A DNA stretch of 62,184 nucleotides, filler included, from Deltaproteobacteria bacterium (GTDB lineage Bacteria > JAUYMQ01): NCBI GenBank assembly GCA_030698575.1. It is 8 parts of 8 records of this genome, joined end to end, with 100 filler letters (N's around TTAATTAATTAA, not from the genome) between each part and the next. Parts side by side here need not be neighbours in the genome. Positions count along the whole stretch, not along the records: positions 1 to 17,025 come from JAUYMQ010000435.1; 7 more parts are not named here. One strand, 5' to 3'. Positions 9,108 to 17,125 of this stretch are shown here, piece by piece. A model generated the notes under the pieces. It searched no databases and was not told the origin of the DNA. It saw only the letters and a list, made by a program, of their open reading frames with translations. A program made the position numbers and the translations under genes. Position 1 is the stretch's first letter. Each line of letters opens with the position of its first letter.

Positions 9108-10811
9108 AGCCGGCGCAACAAACTTTACCTTGAGTCCTGTCGATCCCCAAATGCGAGCAGCCCAACCGATGACGCTGTCGACTCGAACCTGGTCGCATTT
9201 GTCACAGCAGCCGTGCGCGCGCGCGATCTGATTGGAACGGGAGAAGAGCCACTCCACAATCCTGACGGCCAGCGTTTGTCGTCGCTGCGTCTGCTCCTCG
9301 CCAAAGTAGCGCACAATGGCTGCTCGAAAACAGACTTCTCGCGCGGTTGCTTGCGCCTGCATCTGGGTGATGCCGTCGTATTTTGCTTGGAGAGCAACGG
9401 TCTTTCCCGCCGGATCGAGATCAGATTTCTCGACCGTCAGGTCTGCCATAAATGTGAGCAACCCAGCGTCCTTAGGTCCCGTGAACAAGACTGCAACCGA
9501 CGGCGCGCCGTCTCGTCCTGCGCGCCCGAACTCCTGCAGGTAGTCCTCTACCGAGGCGGGGTGCTGCCAGTGAACTACCAAGCGCACATTCGGCAGATCG
9601 AGTCCCATTCCAAACGCGTTTGTGCAGATAACAACGCGCGCGGCGGGCTCAAGGCGGCCAGTAAAACGTCCGAGTACCATATCGCGATCATTGGCCGTGC
9701 CGAGTTTGGAGTGAAAGAATGGAACATCCAAACCCAAGGAGCGCAGGCCTTGTTGGAGTTTCTCTCCAATCTTGACGGTAGGCACGAACAGCATGGCGCG
9801 ACCGGGCGGCATGATGCCCAGAAGGGAAATGATCACTGAATACCGCTTCTCATCGGCCACGCCATCAAGGCGCGCGAGAGCAATGTTCGGGCGATTCACT
9901 CCGGTTACAACAACTCGGGCAGTCGGTATCCCGAGTGATTGCAGAATCCGCTTTTGGCTCTCAACTCCAGCAGTGGCAGTAAACGCCAGCAGCGGAGGGT
10001 CGCCGAGAGCAGTACGCACTGCGCGCAATCTGCCGTAGTTCGGGCGAAAGTCCCGTCCCCAACGATCGATACAGTGTGCTTCATCGACCACCAAGTAGCT
10101 CGGCCTAGCCCGCGTGATCTCCTCGACCTCGGCTGGACGTACCATCGCGGAATCGAACCGCTCCGGAGTGCAAAAAAGAAACTTGATCGCGTGATCCCGG
10201 AGAAGCGCGTACCTGATTTCCTTCTCCATGGGTCCGAGATCGCCGTTGATGAATGTTCCTGGGATCTTCCAGGAGTGGAGGTCAGCCACCTGTTGGCTCA
10301 TGAGAGCCTTCAGCGGCGATATGATGAATCCACATCCCCGACCCAGCAGGATCGGCACCTGAAAACAGAGCGATTTGCCCGATCCGGTCGCGCTCACCAG
10401 CAGCAGTGACTCCCCGCGGAGCGCTGCGAGCACGACCTCCAACTGAGGGGTGCGAAAGCGAGTCACGCCAAGCAAGCGCAAAGTCGCTCCCAGTGACTCG
10501 TCGAGACCTGTCAGGTCACCTCGACGATCCAGCCACTTTGCAAGTCGCAAACCCCAACGTTCGATCACCCTGCGAGCGAGCGTGCCCTGCAAGTTGGGAT
10601 GGCGCGCCGCATGGCAACCGTCGCACAGTGTGATCAGATTCGCTGGGTCATCCATGCCCCCAGCTGCACGCGGAACCAGATGGTGTACGTCCGCTTCACC
10701 TTCGGCGCAGAGCTCACCGCACTGCTTACAACGTCGGTTGTCACGAGCGAGAACAACGGCCCGCACCTCGTGCCAGTGCTGTGTACTCGCACCGGAGCGT
10801 GAAGGGCTCAA
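9102..10811 (-). CDS. HNH endonuclease-RecQ helicase fusion (gene cassette)
   Basis: N-term CKQC...VHHLVP...NLITLCDGCH; RecQ motifs TGSGKSLCFQ, SPLKALM, VDEAHC..WG.DFRP, TATA, TNAFGMGLD, QEFGRAGRDG; Zn module CFRAAIVRYFGE...CCDKC. Confidence 0.9.
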   Translation of the reverse strand: MSPSRSGASTQHWHEVRAVVLARDNRRCKQCGELCAEGEADVHHLVPRAAGGMDDPANLITLCDGCHAARHPNLQGTLARRVIERWGLRLAKWLDRRGDLTGLDESLGATLRLLGVTRFRTPQLEVVLAALRGESLLLVSATGSGKSLCFQVPILLGRGCGFIISPLKALMSQQVADLHSWKIPGTFINGDLGPMEKEIRYALLRDHAIKFLFCTPERFDSAMVRPAEVEEITRARPSYLVVDEAHCIDRWGRDFRPNYGRLRAVRTALGDPPLLAFTATAGVESQKRILQSLGIPTARVVVTGVNRPNIALARLDGVADEKRYSVIISLLGIMPPGRAMLFVPTVKIGEKLQQGLRSLGLDVPFFHSKLGTANDRDMVLGRFTGRLEPAARVVICTNAFGMGLDLPNVRLVVHWQHPASVEDYLQEFGRAGRDGAPSVAVLFTGPKDAGLLTFMADLTVEKSDLDPAGKTVALQAKYDGITQMQAQATAREVCFRAAIVRYFGEEQTQRRQTLAVRIVEWLFSRSNQIARAHGCCDKCDQVRVDSVIGWAARIWGSTGLKVKFVAPAG

Positions 10812-10892
10812 GGGCGCTTGAGGGTTGTGTGATCTGCGCAGCGAGGTAATGCCGCTCGTGAAGGGCTCAACCTACCAGCAACGCCCGTGGCT

Positions 10893-10982
10893 GGCTAACG
10901 GGGTGCGCTTAAGCTGCGGCGCGCTGAAGAAGAAGTCATTCCTTAATCTACGCGCGCCGTCAGCTTCAAGCGCGTGTTAGGC
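10893..10982 (-). repeat. attC site
   Basis: 90 bp, RYYTAAC...GTTAGCC; L'' CTTGAAGC vs L' GCTTAAG with an extrahelical base. Confidence 0.92.
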
Positions 10983-10984
10983 GG

Positions 10985-12069
10985 CGCGGATTCATATAGT
11001 AAGTGCAACACCGCCGCCGACGGAAACGGTGACCTGGCGATACGATAGGCAACCAACTCCGCCAAGAGAAGGAAGCCTACCAATGCTGTACCGCCAGATC
11101 ACCTTCGAGGAAAGGTACACCGTGGGGCTGTTGCGGCAGCAGGGTCTCTCCCCCGCCGCCATCGCTCGCACGCTCGGCCGCCACCGCAGCACGATCGGCC
11201 GCGAGGTGCGGCGCAATCGAGCCCACAGTGATGGGACCTACCGGCCCCCGCTCGCCGACTGGTACGCCCGCGGTCGGCGTTCGCGCTCCCGGCGCAATCG
11301 GCAGTTCTCGCCTGAGGAGTGGACGCAGATCCAGGAGCTGCTGCGCGAGGATTGGAGCCCTGAGCAAGTAGCCGGGTGGCTGCGCCGCCACCGCGTGCTG
11401 CGGGTCAGCCACGAGACGATCTATCGCTACATCTGGGCCGAGAAGCGCGCCGGCGGCACGCTCTACCGGCATCTGCGCGGCGCACGCAAGCAGCGCCGCA
11501 AACGCTATGGCCGCTACGACAGCCGCGGCCGCCTGGCCGGCAAGCGCCCGATCACCACGCGGCCCGCGGCGGTCGAGACCCGGCGCGAGCTCGGACATTG
11601 GGAAGGCGACACGATGCTCGGCGCGAGCCAGGCCGGCCCGTGTGTGCTGAGTCTCGTTGAGCGGAAGACCGGCTACTTGCTGCTCGGCCAGTTAGACCAA
11701 CACACCAGCGCGGCGGTGAATCAGCGCGCGCAGCGATTGATTGCTGCGCAGTCCCACCCGGTGCGGACCATCACCGTGGACAACGGCACCGAGTTTCACG
11801 AGTACGCCGCGCTCGAGCGAGCAACCGGGACAGCGTTCTACTTCGCCACGCCGCATCACGCCTGGGAACACGGCACTAACGAAAACACCAATGGCCTGGT
11901 GCGGCAGTACCTACCCAAGCGCCAGAGTATGGCCCACCTCACCCAACACGATTGCAATCGGATCGCTGCGAAACTGAATCGCCGACCACGGAAGCGACTC
12001 AGCTACCGCACACCGGAGGAATGCTATGCGGGATAACGCTCAGTGTTGCACTTCAAAGTTGATATCAGA
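10985..12069 (+). mobile_element. IS30-family insertion sequence
   Basis: imperfect terminal IRs with core AAGTGCAACAC (11001-11011) / GTGTTGCACTT (12043-12053); probable 3-bp CGG target duplication; exact ends inferred. Confidence 0.85.
11083..12036 (+). CDS. IS30-family DDE transposase
   Basis: HTH (IARTLGRHRSTIGREVRRN), WSPEQ, SHETIY, GHWEGDT, TVDNGTEF, GTNENTNGLVRQYLPK. Confidence 0.95.
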   Translation: MLYRQITFEERYTVGLLRQQGLSPAAIARTLGRHRSTIGREVRRNRAHSDGTYRPPLADWYARGRRSRSRRNRQFSPEEWTQIQELLREDWSPEQVAGWLRRHRVLRVSHETIYRYIWAEKRAGGTLYRHLRGARKQRRKRYGRYDSRGRLAGKRPITTRPAAVETRRELGHWEGDTMLGASQAGPCVLSLVERKTGYLLLGQLDQHTSAAVNQRAQRLIAAQSHPVRTITVDNGTEFHEYAALERATGTAFYFATPHHAWEHGTNENTNGLVRQYLPKRQSMAHLTQHDCNRIAAKLNRRPRKRLSYRTPEECYAG

Positions 12070-12077
12070 CGGCACGA

Positions 12078-12716
12078 TTACGGCGCTGCCTTGAGTTCAC
12101 GACAAGAACCTTTCGCGACGTAGCCTGAGACATCCCGCACATTAGGCAGCGGGGCCGGACGGTCGCGCGCCCGCAAGGTATCCGACACGACGTCAATCAC
12201 ATGCACTTTCGAGAGCCAGGTGGAACCATCCCGCTCGGTCGCGAACCACACGATACCAACAGTCATGTTGGTGAGACACGTTCCAACAAAGACGCGCGCA
12301 CGAACGATCGGAATAGTGTCCTCGAGATCAGAAGAGTAGCCGATACCTGGTGTGGCATATGGCTTCTGGGTTGGATAATAGACCGGCCCATCGGCGGGCG
12401 ACTGAATGTAGATCAGGGGGACCGCATCACACTCGACGCACCCTATGCCCTCGAGTACGAAGAATGGCGGCTTGTTGGAACGGGGCAGGATATCTAGGAC
12501 ACGGACGTGGTAGAGACCAGTGGCGAAGCGTGTGCCATTGGCGAGAACGAGAGTGTCTTGAGCCGTCGCCAGGCCATTGGGTAGTCTCGGTGCAACGACT
12601 GAAAGAACTCGCCAGTGGCGTAGAGTCGTTGAATCCGATGGGGATTGCGCGGCGGCGGACGCGACGAAAACTGCAGCAAGTAACGTAACCATTTCACCGC
12701 GAAAGGACGTCCTCAT
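12078..12716 (-). CDS. secreted hypothetical protein (gene cassette)
   Basis: signal peptide ending SAAA-Q; CxxC (GCVEC); fills the cassette between attC sites. Confidence 0.7.
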   Translation of the reverse strand: MRTSFRGEMVTLLAAVFVASAAAQSPSDSTTLRHWRVLSVVAPRLPNGLATAQDTLVLANGTRFATGLYHVRVLDILPRSNKPPFFVLEGIGCVECDAVPLIYIQSPADGPVYYPTQKPYATPGIGYSSDLEDTIPIVRARVFVGTCLTNMTVGIVWFATERDGSTWLSKVHVIDVVSDTLRARDRPAPLPNVRDVSGYVAKGSCRELKAAP

Positions 12717-12727
12717 CTTTGTGTGCC

Positions 12728-12817
12728 GCCTAACGGATCGCGCTTAAGCTGCGGCGCGCTAAAGAAAGATTCATTCCTTAATCTACGCGCGCCGGCAGCT
12801 TCAAGCGCTTGTTAGGC
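12728..12817 (-). repeat. attC site
   Basis: GCCTAAC...GTTAGGC, 90 bp, near-identical to the other array repeats. Confidence 0.93.
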
Positions 12818-12823
12818 GGCAGG

Positions 12824-13492
12824 CTATTTGAAGCGTGGTCGCCAAAGACCATGGCCGCCGCGACGTTTCTCGTCTGCCTCGAGCCCGCTGTCGAGATACC
12901 ACAGGAGCATATAGGCGCCATCTCCCGCGCGCGTTGCGTCGGCATACGCAACCTCGCCCTTTTGATAGTGACCCTCGATGAGATTCATCAACCAGCGCAG
13001 TGACGCGAGTGCCTCTTCCACTTTTGCCCGACTTGCTGGCTCCAGCGGACGCGCTGATGGAGTGGCAGCATGCTCCAGGTCGCGGTGCGCATAAAGGCGG
13101 TGCCGCCAGTCTCGAGCAAACCGGGTCTTGTCCTCGAAATCATCCAGCCCGCGATTCAGCTCACCTCGAAGACCGCCTACGACTAGGGGCGTCAGGCCAC
13201 GGACCGAAACATTGCGCTGGCCCCCGGTTCCAGGCGGGTCAGAGAGGCGGCTCAGGTGAAGGAGTACATCCTGCCACAACACTCGTTCCAGGTTCGAGAA
13301 GAACTCGGGCGCCGTTTTATTCATTAAGGCGATTCGTGATTCGCTCGTCGCGAATAGTTCTCGGAACTCCTGCCACTTGAGGTGCAGCCAGGCCACATCG
13401 TGCCAGAGGAGGAAGTGCAGCTCACCAAGCTCCAGACCCATCGCGGCGATCTTGGCAGCGCGGACTTCCTCTTGAGTGCTAGATGTTGCCAT
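12824..13492 (-). CDS. HEPN AbiU2-like protein (gene cassette)
   Basis: helical protein with LLHLSRLSD...NVSV and RDWRHRLYAHRD (Rx4-6H HEPN motif). Confidence 0.7.
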   Translation of the reverse strand: MATSSTQEEVRAAKIAAMGLELGELHFLLWHDVAWLHLKWQEFRELFATSESRIALMNKTAPEFFSNLERVLWQDVLLHLSRLSDPPGTGGQRNVSVRGLTPLVVGGLRGELNRGLDDFEDKTRFARDWRHRLYAHRDLEHAATPSARPLEPASRAKVEEALASLRWLMNLIEGHYQKGEVAYADATRAGDGAYMLLWYLDSGLEADEKRRGGHGLWRPRFK

Positions 13493-13506
13493 GGGGCTGA
13501 GCTGCC

Positions 13507-13596
13507 GCCTAACGGATCGCGCTTAAGCTGCGGCGCGCTGACGAAAGACTCATTCCACAATCTACGCGCGCCGCCAGCTTCAAGCGCTTGTTAGGC
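13507..13596 (-). repeat. attC site
   Basis: GCCTAAC...GTTAGGC, 90 bp. Confidence 0.93.
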
Positions 13597-13719
13597 GGCG
13601 CGCCAGAGTCGCTTGACGGGGGCTTGACGCTTGTCGGGCACTCTACTGGCATTCGAAACGCGAGCGCTTGATGGCGTGGCGTAGGAGGACGTTCGCCACA
13701 GTGGCTGACAGGAGGCGTT

Positions 13720-13929
13720 ATGCGAAAGCTCAAATGGCTTAGCCTGCTGTTTCCCCTGCTATGCGCTGGAGCTCTCCCGGCGATCACAGCCGGGTGTGAC
13801 GGGTTTGGACTCACCGAACCGGCGTGCCGGAAAGTAGGACAGGAGTGTGGCACCTTTGTGGGATCTTGCTGTGACGGCCCGCATTGGTGCAGGGACACGG
13901 TGAGCGGTCTGGTCTGTCAGGGGCCGTAA
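13720..13929 (+). CDS. small secreted/lipoprotein cysteine-rich (knottin-like) peptide in inverted cassette
   Basis: RBS AGGAGG just upstream of ATG; signal peptide with TAGC lipobox; C-x6-C-x6-CC-x5-C-x8-C. Confidence 0.7.
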   Translation: MRKLKWLSLLFPLLCAGALPAITAGCDGFGLTEPACRKVGQECGTFVGSCCDGPHWCRDTVSGLVCQGP

Positions 13930-13971
13930 ACGTGATGGAAGCTGCCTGCGTTTTAAGTCGGTTTACGCGCC

Positions 13972-14061
13972 GCCTAACGGATCGCGCTTAAGCTGCGGCG
14001 CGCTAAAGAAAGATTCATTCCACAATCTACGCGCGCCGCCAGCTTCAAGCGCTTGTTAGGC
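13972..14061 (-). repeat. attC site
   Basis: GCCTAAC...GTTAGGC, 90 bp. Confidence 0.93.
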
Positions 14062-14085
14062 GGCGCGGACACCGAGGCGAGTCCT

Positions 14086-14547
14086 CTATAGCTGGGAGCG
14101 ATGTTCGTAACGGAAGAGTCGTCCAGCATACACAGGGCGCTCCAGCAGCACTGAGTCTCGTGAGAAAACGCCAAACTCCGGCAACGGACAGAGAGCGTTC
14201 GGAGGACACGTGAAATGTCCGATCATGAGGCTATCTGCGCGCACGCGATACCCTGAACGATGTGTCACGGTTTGCGCCGCAACCCCGATGATGTCAAGAC
14301 TGTCGCGCCGCCAACTGAATACGCGCGTCGCCGCCCCCTGGCCATCAAACCCGATGGTCTCAGATAGCAACCATAGTGTCTGTCCATTCTCGCTCCAGAG
14401 TAGTACAGGCAGTGGCTGCGCGTCGACGCTTGTGAGCGCATATGAGCCCTGCAGCTCGGATTCCGGCCCTAAGGTCGTTTCCCCACAGGCAGCCAGCACC
14501 AACGTGGTCATGAGCATCGATCGAGCACGAACGGAGGTGTAGGCCAT
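14086..14547 (-). CDS. lipoprotein, lipocalin-like beta protein (gene cassette)
   Basis: lipobox LAAC; GSYALTSVDAQPLP; RBS GAGG upstream. Confidence 0.72.
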   Translation of the reverse strand: MAYTSVRARSMLMTTLVLAACGETTLGPESELQGSYALTSVDAQPLPVLLWSENGQTLWLLSETIGFDGQGAATRVFSWRRDSLDIIGVAAQTVTHRSGYRVRADSLMIGHFTCPPNALCPLPEFGVFSRDSVLLERPVYAGRLFRYEHRSQL

Positions 14548-14573
14548 GGCTTACCTCACTTTGTTTGCGTGCC

Positions 14574-14663
14574 GCCTAACGGATCGCGCTTAAGCTGCGG
14601 CGCGCTGAAGAAAGATTCATTCCTTAATCTACGCGCGCCGCCAGCTTCAAGCGCTTGTTAGGC
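14574..14663 (-). repeat. attC site
   Basis: GCCTAAC...GTTAGGC, 90 bp. Confidence 0.93.
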
Positions 14664-14670
14664 GGCGGAC

Positions 14671-14940
14671 TCAAGAACCGGAAGCCTGCGCGAAGCTGCG
14701 AATCATCCACCCGAGCGCGACGATCGCTAGGATGAGGACGATGCGAACCCAGGTTAGGAGACCTTGGCCGCCCTCATCATAAGTATCGCGAGATAGGAAC
14801 TCGGTGATGGGTGCTGGTGCGGCGAAAATGCCGTCCCCGTTTTGCCGATCTCGCCGAAATGCGCTCAGGCGCAAGAGCGAGATGATGTAGACAAGACTGA
14901 GGCCGAAGGCAACGTAGAACGCCTGCGGGACATCTTGCAT
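14671..14940 (-). CDS. small two-TM membrane protein (gene cassette)
   Basis: MQDVPQAF... with two hydrophobic helices; the upstream ORF extension lies inside the attC and is spurious. Confidence 0.65.
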   Translation of the reverse strand: MQDVPQAFYVAFGLSLVYIISLLRLSAFRRDRQNGDGIFAAPAPITEFLSRDTYDEGGQGLLTWVRIVLILAIVALGWMIRSFAQASGS

Positions 14941-14964
14941 GTCGAACCCTCGGTCGAATCCGCC

Positions 14965-15057
14965 GCCTAACGGATCGCGCTTAAGCTGCGGCGCGCTGAA
15001 GAAAAAGTCGTCATTCAATATCCTGTGCGCGCCGCCAGCTTCAAGCGCTTGTTAGGC
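14965..15057 (-). repeat. attC site (93 bp, variant loop)
   Basis: same arms as the other copies; central loop differs (AAAAAGTCGTCATTCAATATCCTG). Confidence 0.92.
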
Positions 15058-15082
15058 GGCACCATACCCACCGGAATACCTC

Positions 15083-16042
15083 CTAGCGTCGGAACCAGGG
15101 CTGAAGGTCGACGCCGGTGTGTTCGTACGCTCGTGAAAGCAGCTCCTCTGTGTTCAGCCTGCGATCCACCTGCCACACCGCGCGAAACCACGCTCGCATC
15201 CGGTCCAGCCCGGCAGTCTTCTCCAGCATCTCGAACAAGGCCAGCGATGCGCCGTAACGTGCGAGCGCGTTCGATTCGTCACTGATCATATCACCAGAGC
15301 CGAACCGGAAGGGTCCCGGAGGCGAGTAACTCGGATCGGTCTCCATTCGCGCGCGTTGCTCGGGTGTGACCTGTCGCAGAATGGCCTCTCGCTTCACGGT
15401 GACACCTCCCCATCCAGAGAGGTTGAGCGGTTCGCTCAGCGACTCATAGGCGTTCCTGAGTTCGGTACGCCTCTCCTGCGCCAGAACCGGTGCTCTACGT
15501 TGCGTCACATGCAGGCCGGCCCATTCGGCCATACCTTCGGCGAACCAACGAGGCGGCTCGGAGCCGAGCGTACTTTGGATTGCGTGTACCTGCTCGTGGG
15601 GGAGCGTCTGGTACAAGTCCCTCTCCCCCACAGGACCGAGGTGCCGAGACGGATCAACAAGAACATTCCAGCGCACCTCGCCGCTGCGGCGCGGCGGAAC
15701 GTAGCCGGAGTCCTGAACGAACGCGACAGCGGACCAATCAACCAAGCCAGGATCGACAGCCACCAACATGGCGGCTTCGCGACACAGGGCAGCGATCGTC
15801 GGAATGTACGTTCGGGCAACGTGCTCTACCGCGGCATCGTAATAAGCCCGGAATACGAGTCCGGTGGCGAGATCAACTGCACGGAGCACCGGAAGGTCCT
15901 CCGGCTGAGGACGGAGCTGAGCAATCTTCAGCGACGCCCGCTGTTCCTGTACGAGGGCGGCACGCCCGGAAGCACAAGCCGCAACAAGAGTCGACCCAAG
16001 CTGGACGGCCAGGCTCAGGCCCACCGCCGTGGATCTTGTCAT
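15083..16042 (-). CDS. gluzincin/peptidase MA-like lipoprotein (gene cassette)
   Basis: lipobox VAAC; HEQVH and PRWFAEGMAEW motifs. Confidence 0.75.
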   Translation of the reverse strand: MTRSTAVGLSLAVQLGSTLVAACASGRAALVQEQRASLKIAQLRPQPEDLPVLRAVDLATGLVFRAYYDAAVEHVARTYIPTIAALCREAAMLVAVDPGLVDWSAVAFVQDSGYVPPRRSGEVRWNVLVDPSRHLGPVGERDLYQTLPHEQVHAIQSTLGSEPPRWFAEGMAEWAGLHVTQRRAPVLAQERRTELRNAYESLSEPLNLSGWGGVTVKREAILRQVTPEQRARMETDPSYSPPGPFRFGSGDMISDESNALARYGASLALFEMLEKTAGLDRMRAWFRAVWQVDRRLNTEELLSRAYEHTGVDLQPWFRR

Positions 16043-16081
16043 CTGGTACGTCCCAGCTAAGGGGCCATGGTGTTGTGTGCC

Positions 16082-16171
16082 GCCTAACGGAGTGCGCTTA
16101 AGCTGCGGCGCGCTGAAAAAAGATTCATTCCTTAATCTACGCGCGCCGTCAGCTTCAAGCGCTGGTTAGAC
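16082..16171 (-). repeat. attC site
   Basis: 90 bp; R'' GTCTAAC contains the stop of the DUF2238 gene and is complementary to that cassette's GTTAGAC start. Confidence 0.93.
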
Positions 16172-16795
16172 AGCGGCGACACCCTCGGGCTGGCCCAGCA
16201 GTCTCCTCAGGGCGCGGTCATGCACTTTGCTGAGCACGAGCTGCGCGGTAATCGCCCCGATCAACGCGAGGAACATATCCCATTGCGTGTCCCACACGTC
16301 GCCTTGCGTCCCAAGGAAGGCCTCGGCGCTCTCCCCGCCGGCCAGCGCGGACCACCACTCGATGAATTCGTAACACGCACTGAAGGCCAAACACACTGCC
16401 GTGACGAGCACGAACAGCCAGCGGCCAGGGCGGAGCGGCGAGGTCCGTACGAGAATCTCGCGTACGAGCATGGCCGGGATGAAACCCTGGGCAAAGTGCC
16501 CCAGGCGATCATAATGGTTCCGTGCAAAGCCGAAGAGGTCCTGGGCCCAGAACCCGAGCGGCACGCGGGCGTACGTGTAATGCCCGCCTACCATGAGGAT
16601 GAGCGCATGGACCGCCAATAGCGTGTACAAAAGGGGGGTGAGAGGAAAGCGGCGATAGATGGCCACCAGGATCGGGGCCCCGATCAGGATGGGAAAGATC
16701 TCCAGCCACCACGTGGTACGGTCGTACGGCGCGAGTCCCGACAGCGCGAGCGCGACCGCGATCAGGATGAGTAGAGTGAGGGGATAGTGCTTCAT
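16166..16795 (-). CDS. DUF2238 (YjdF-like) membrane protein (gene cassette)
   Basis: GGHYTYARVPLG, RNHYDRLGHFAQG, YEFIEWW, FLGTQGDVWDTQWDM. Confidence 0.88.
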   Translation of the reverse strand: MKHYPLTLLILIAVALALSGLAPYDRTTWWLEIFPILIGAPILVAIYRRFPLTPLLYTLLAVHALILMVGGHYTYARVPLGFWAQDLFGFARNHYDRLGHFAQGFIPAMLVREILVRTSPLRPGRWLFVLVTAVCLAFSACYEFIEWWSALAGGESAEAFLGTQGDVWDTQWDMFLALIGAITAQLVLSKVHDRALRRLLGQPEGVAAV

Positions 16796-16839
16796 CGAAG
16801 ACCCCGTCAGTCGGGGGACAGGACCGGTTCGTAGCCGCT

Positions 16840-16929
16840 GTCTAACGGATCGCGCTTAAGCTGCGGCGCGCTAAAGAAAGATTCATTCCACAATCTACGC
16901 GCGCCGCCAGCTTCAAGCGCTTGTTAGGC
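16840..16929 (-). repeat. attC site
   Basis: 90 bp repeat copy; the next cassette is cut by the contig end at 17025. Confidence 0.92.
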
Positions 16930-17025
16930 GGCAGATTGCGCCGATACGTGTCATGGCCCCTGCTCCAGCACGATCCGTGCTGGAATCTGGGTCGTGTCGC
17001 CATAGGTGAACCTAGTCACGTGCGG

Positions 17026-17125
17026 NNNNNNNNNNNNNNNNNNNNNNNNNNNNNNNNNNNNNNNNNNNNTTAATTAATTAANNNNNNNNNNNNNNNNNNN
17101 NNNNNNNNNNNNNNNNNNNNNNNNN
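17026..17125. other. artificial contig linker; the same linker occurs at 25914-26013, 29313-29412, 34787-34886, 49259-49358, 52169-52268 and 57677-57776
   Basis: N runs flanking TTAATTAATTAA (stops in all six frames), 100 bp each. Confidence 0.98.

Noticed and set aside
13324..15285. Short ORFs with recurring peptides such as MWNESF..APQLKRDPLGG, PPNKRLKLAARVD and NLRAPPASSAC
   Set aside because: These are translations of the attC repeat itself, not a protein repeat family
10893..16929. CRISPR array interpretation of the 90-bp repeats
   Set aside because: Repeats are too long, the spacers are 300-1800 bp and contain whole genes, no cas genes are present, and the R/L box structure fits attC
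17070..17081. TTAATTAATTAA palindrome repeated seven times
   Set aside because: Artificial six-frame-stop linker inside N runs
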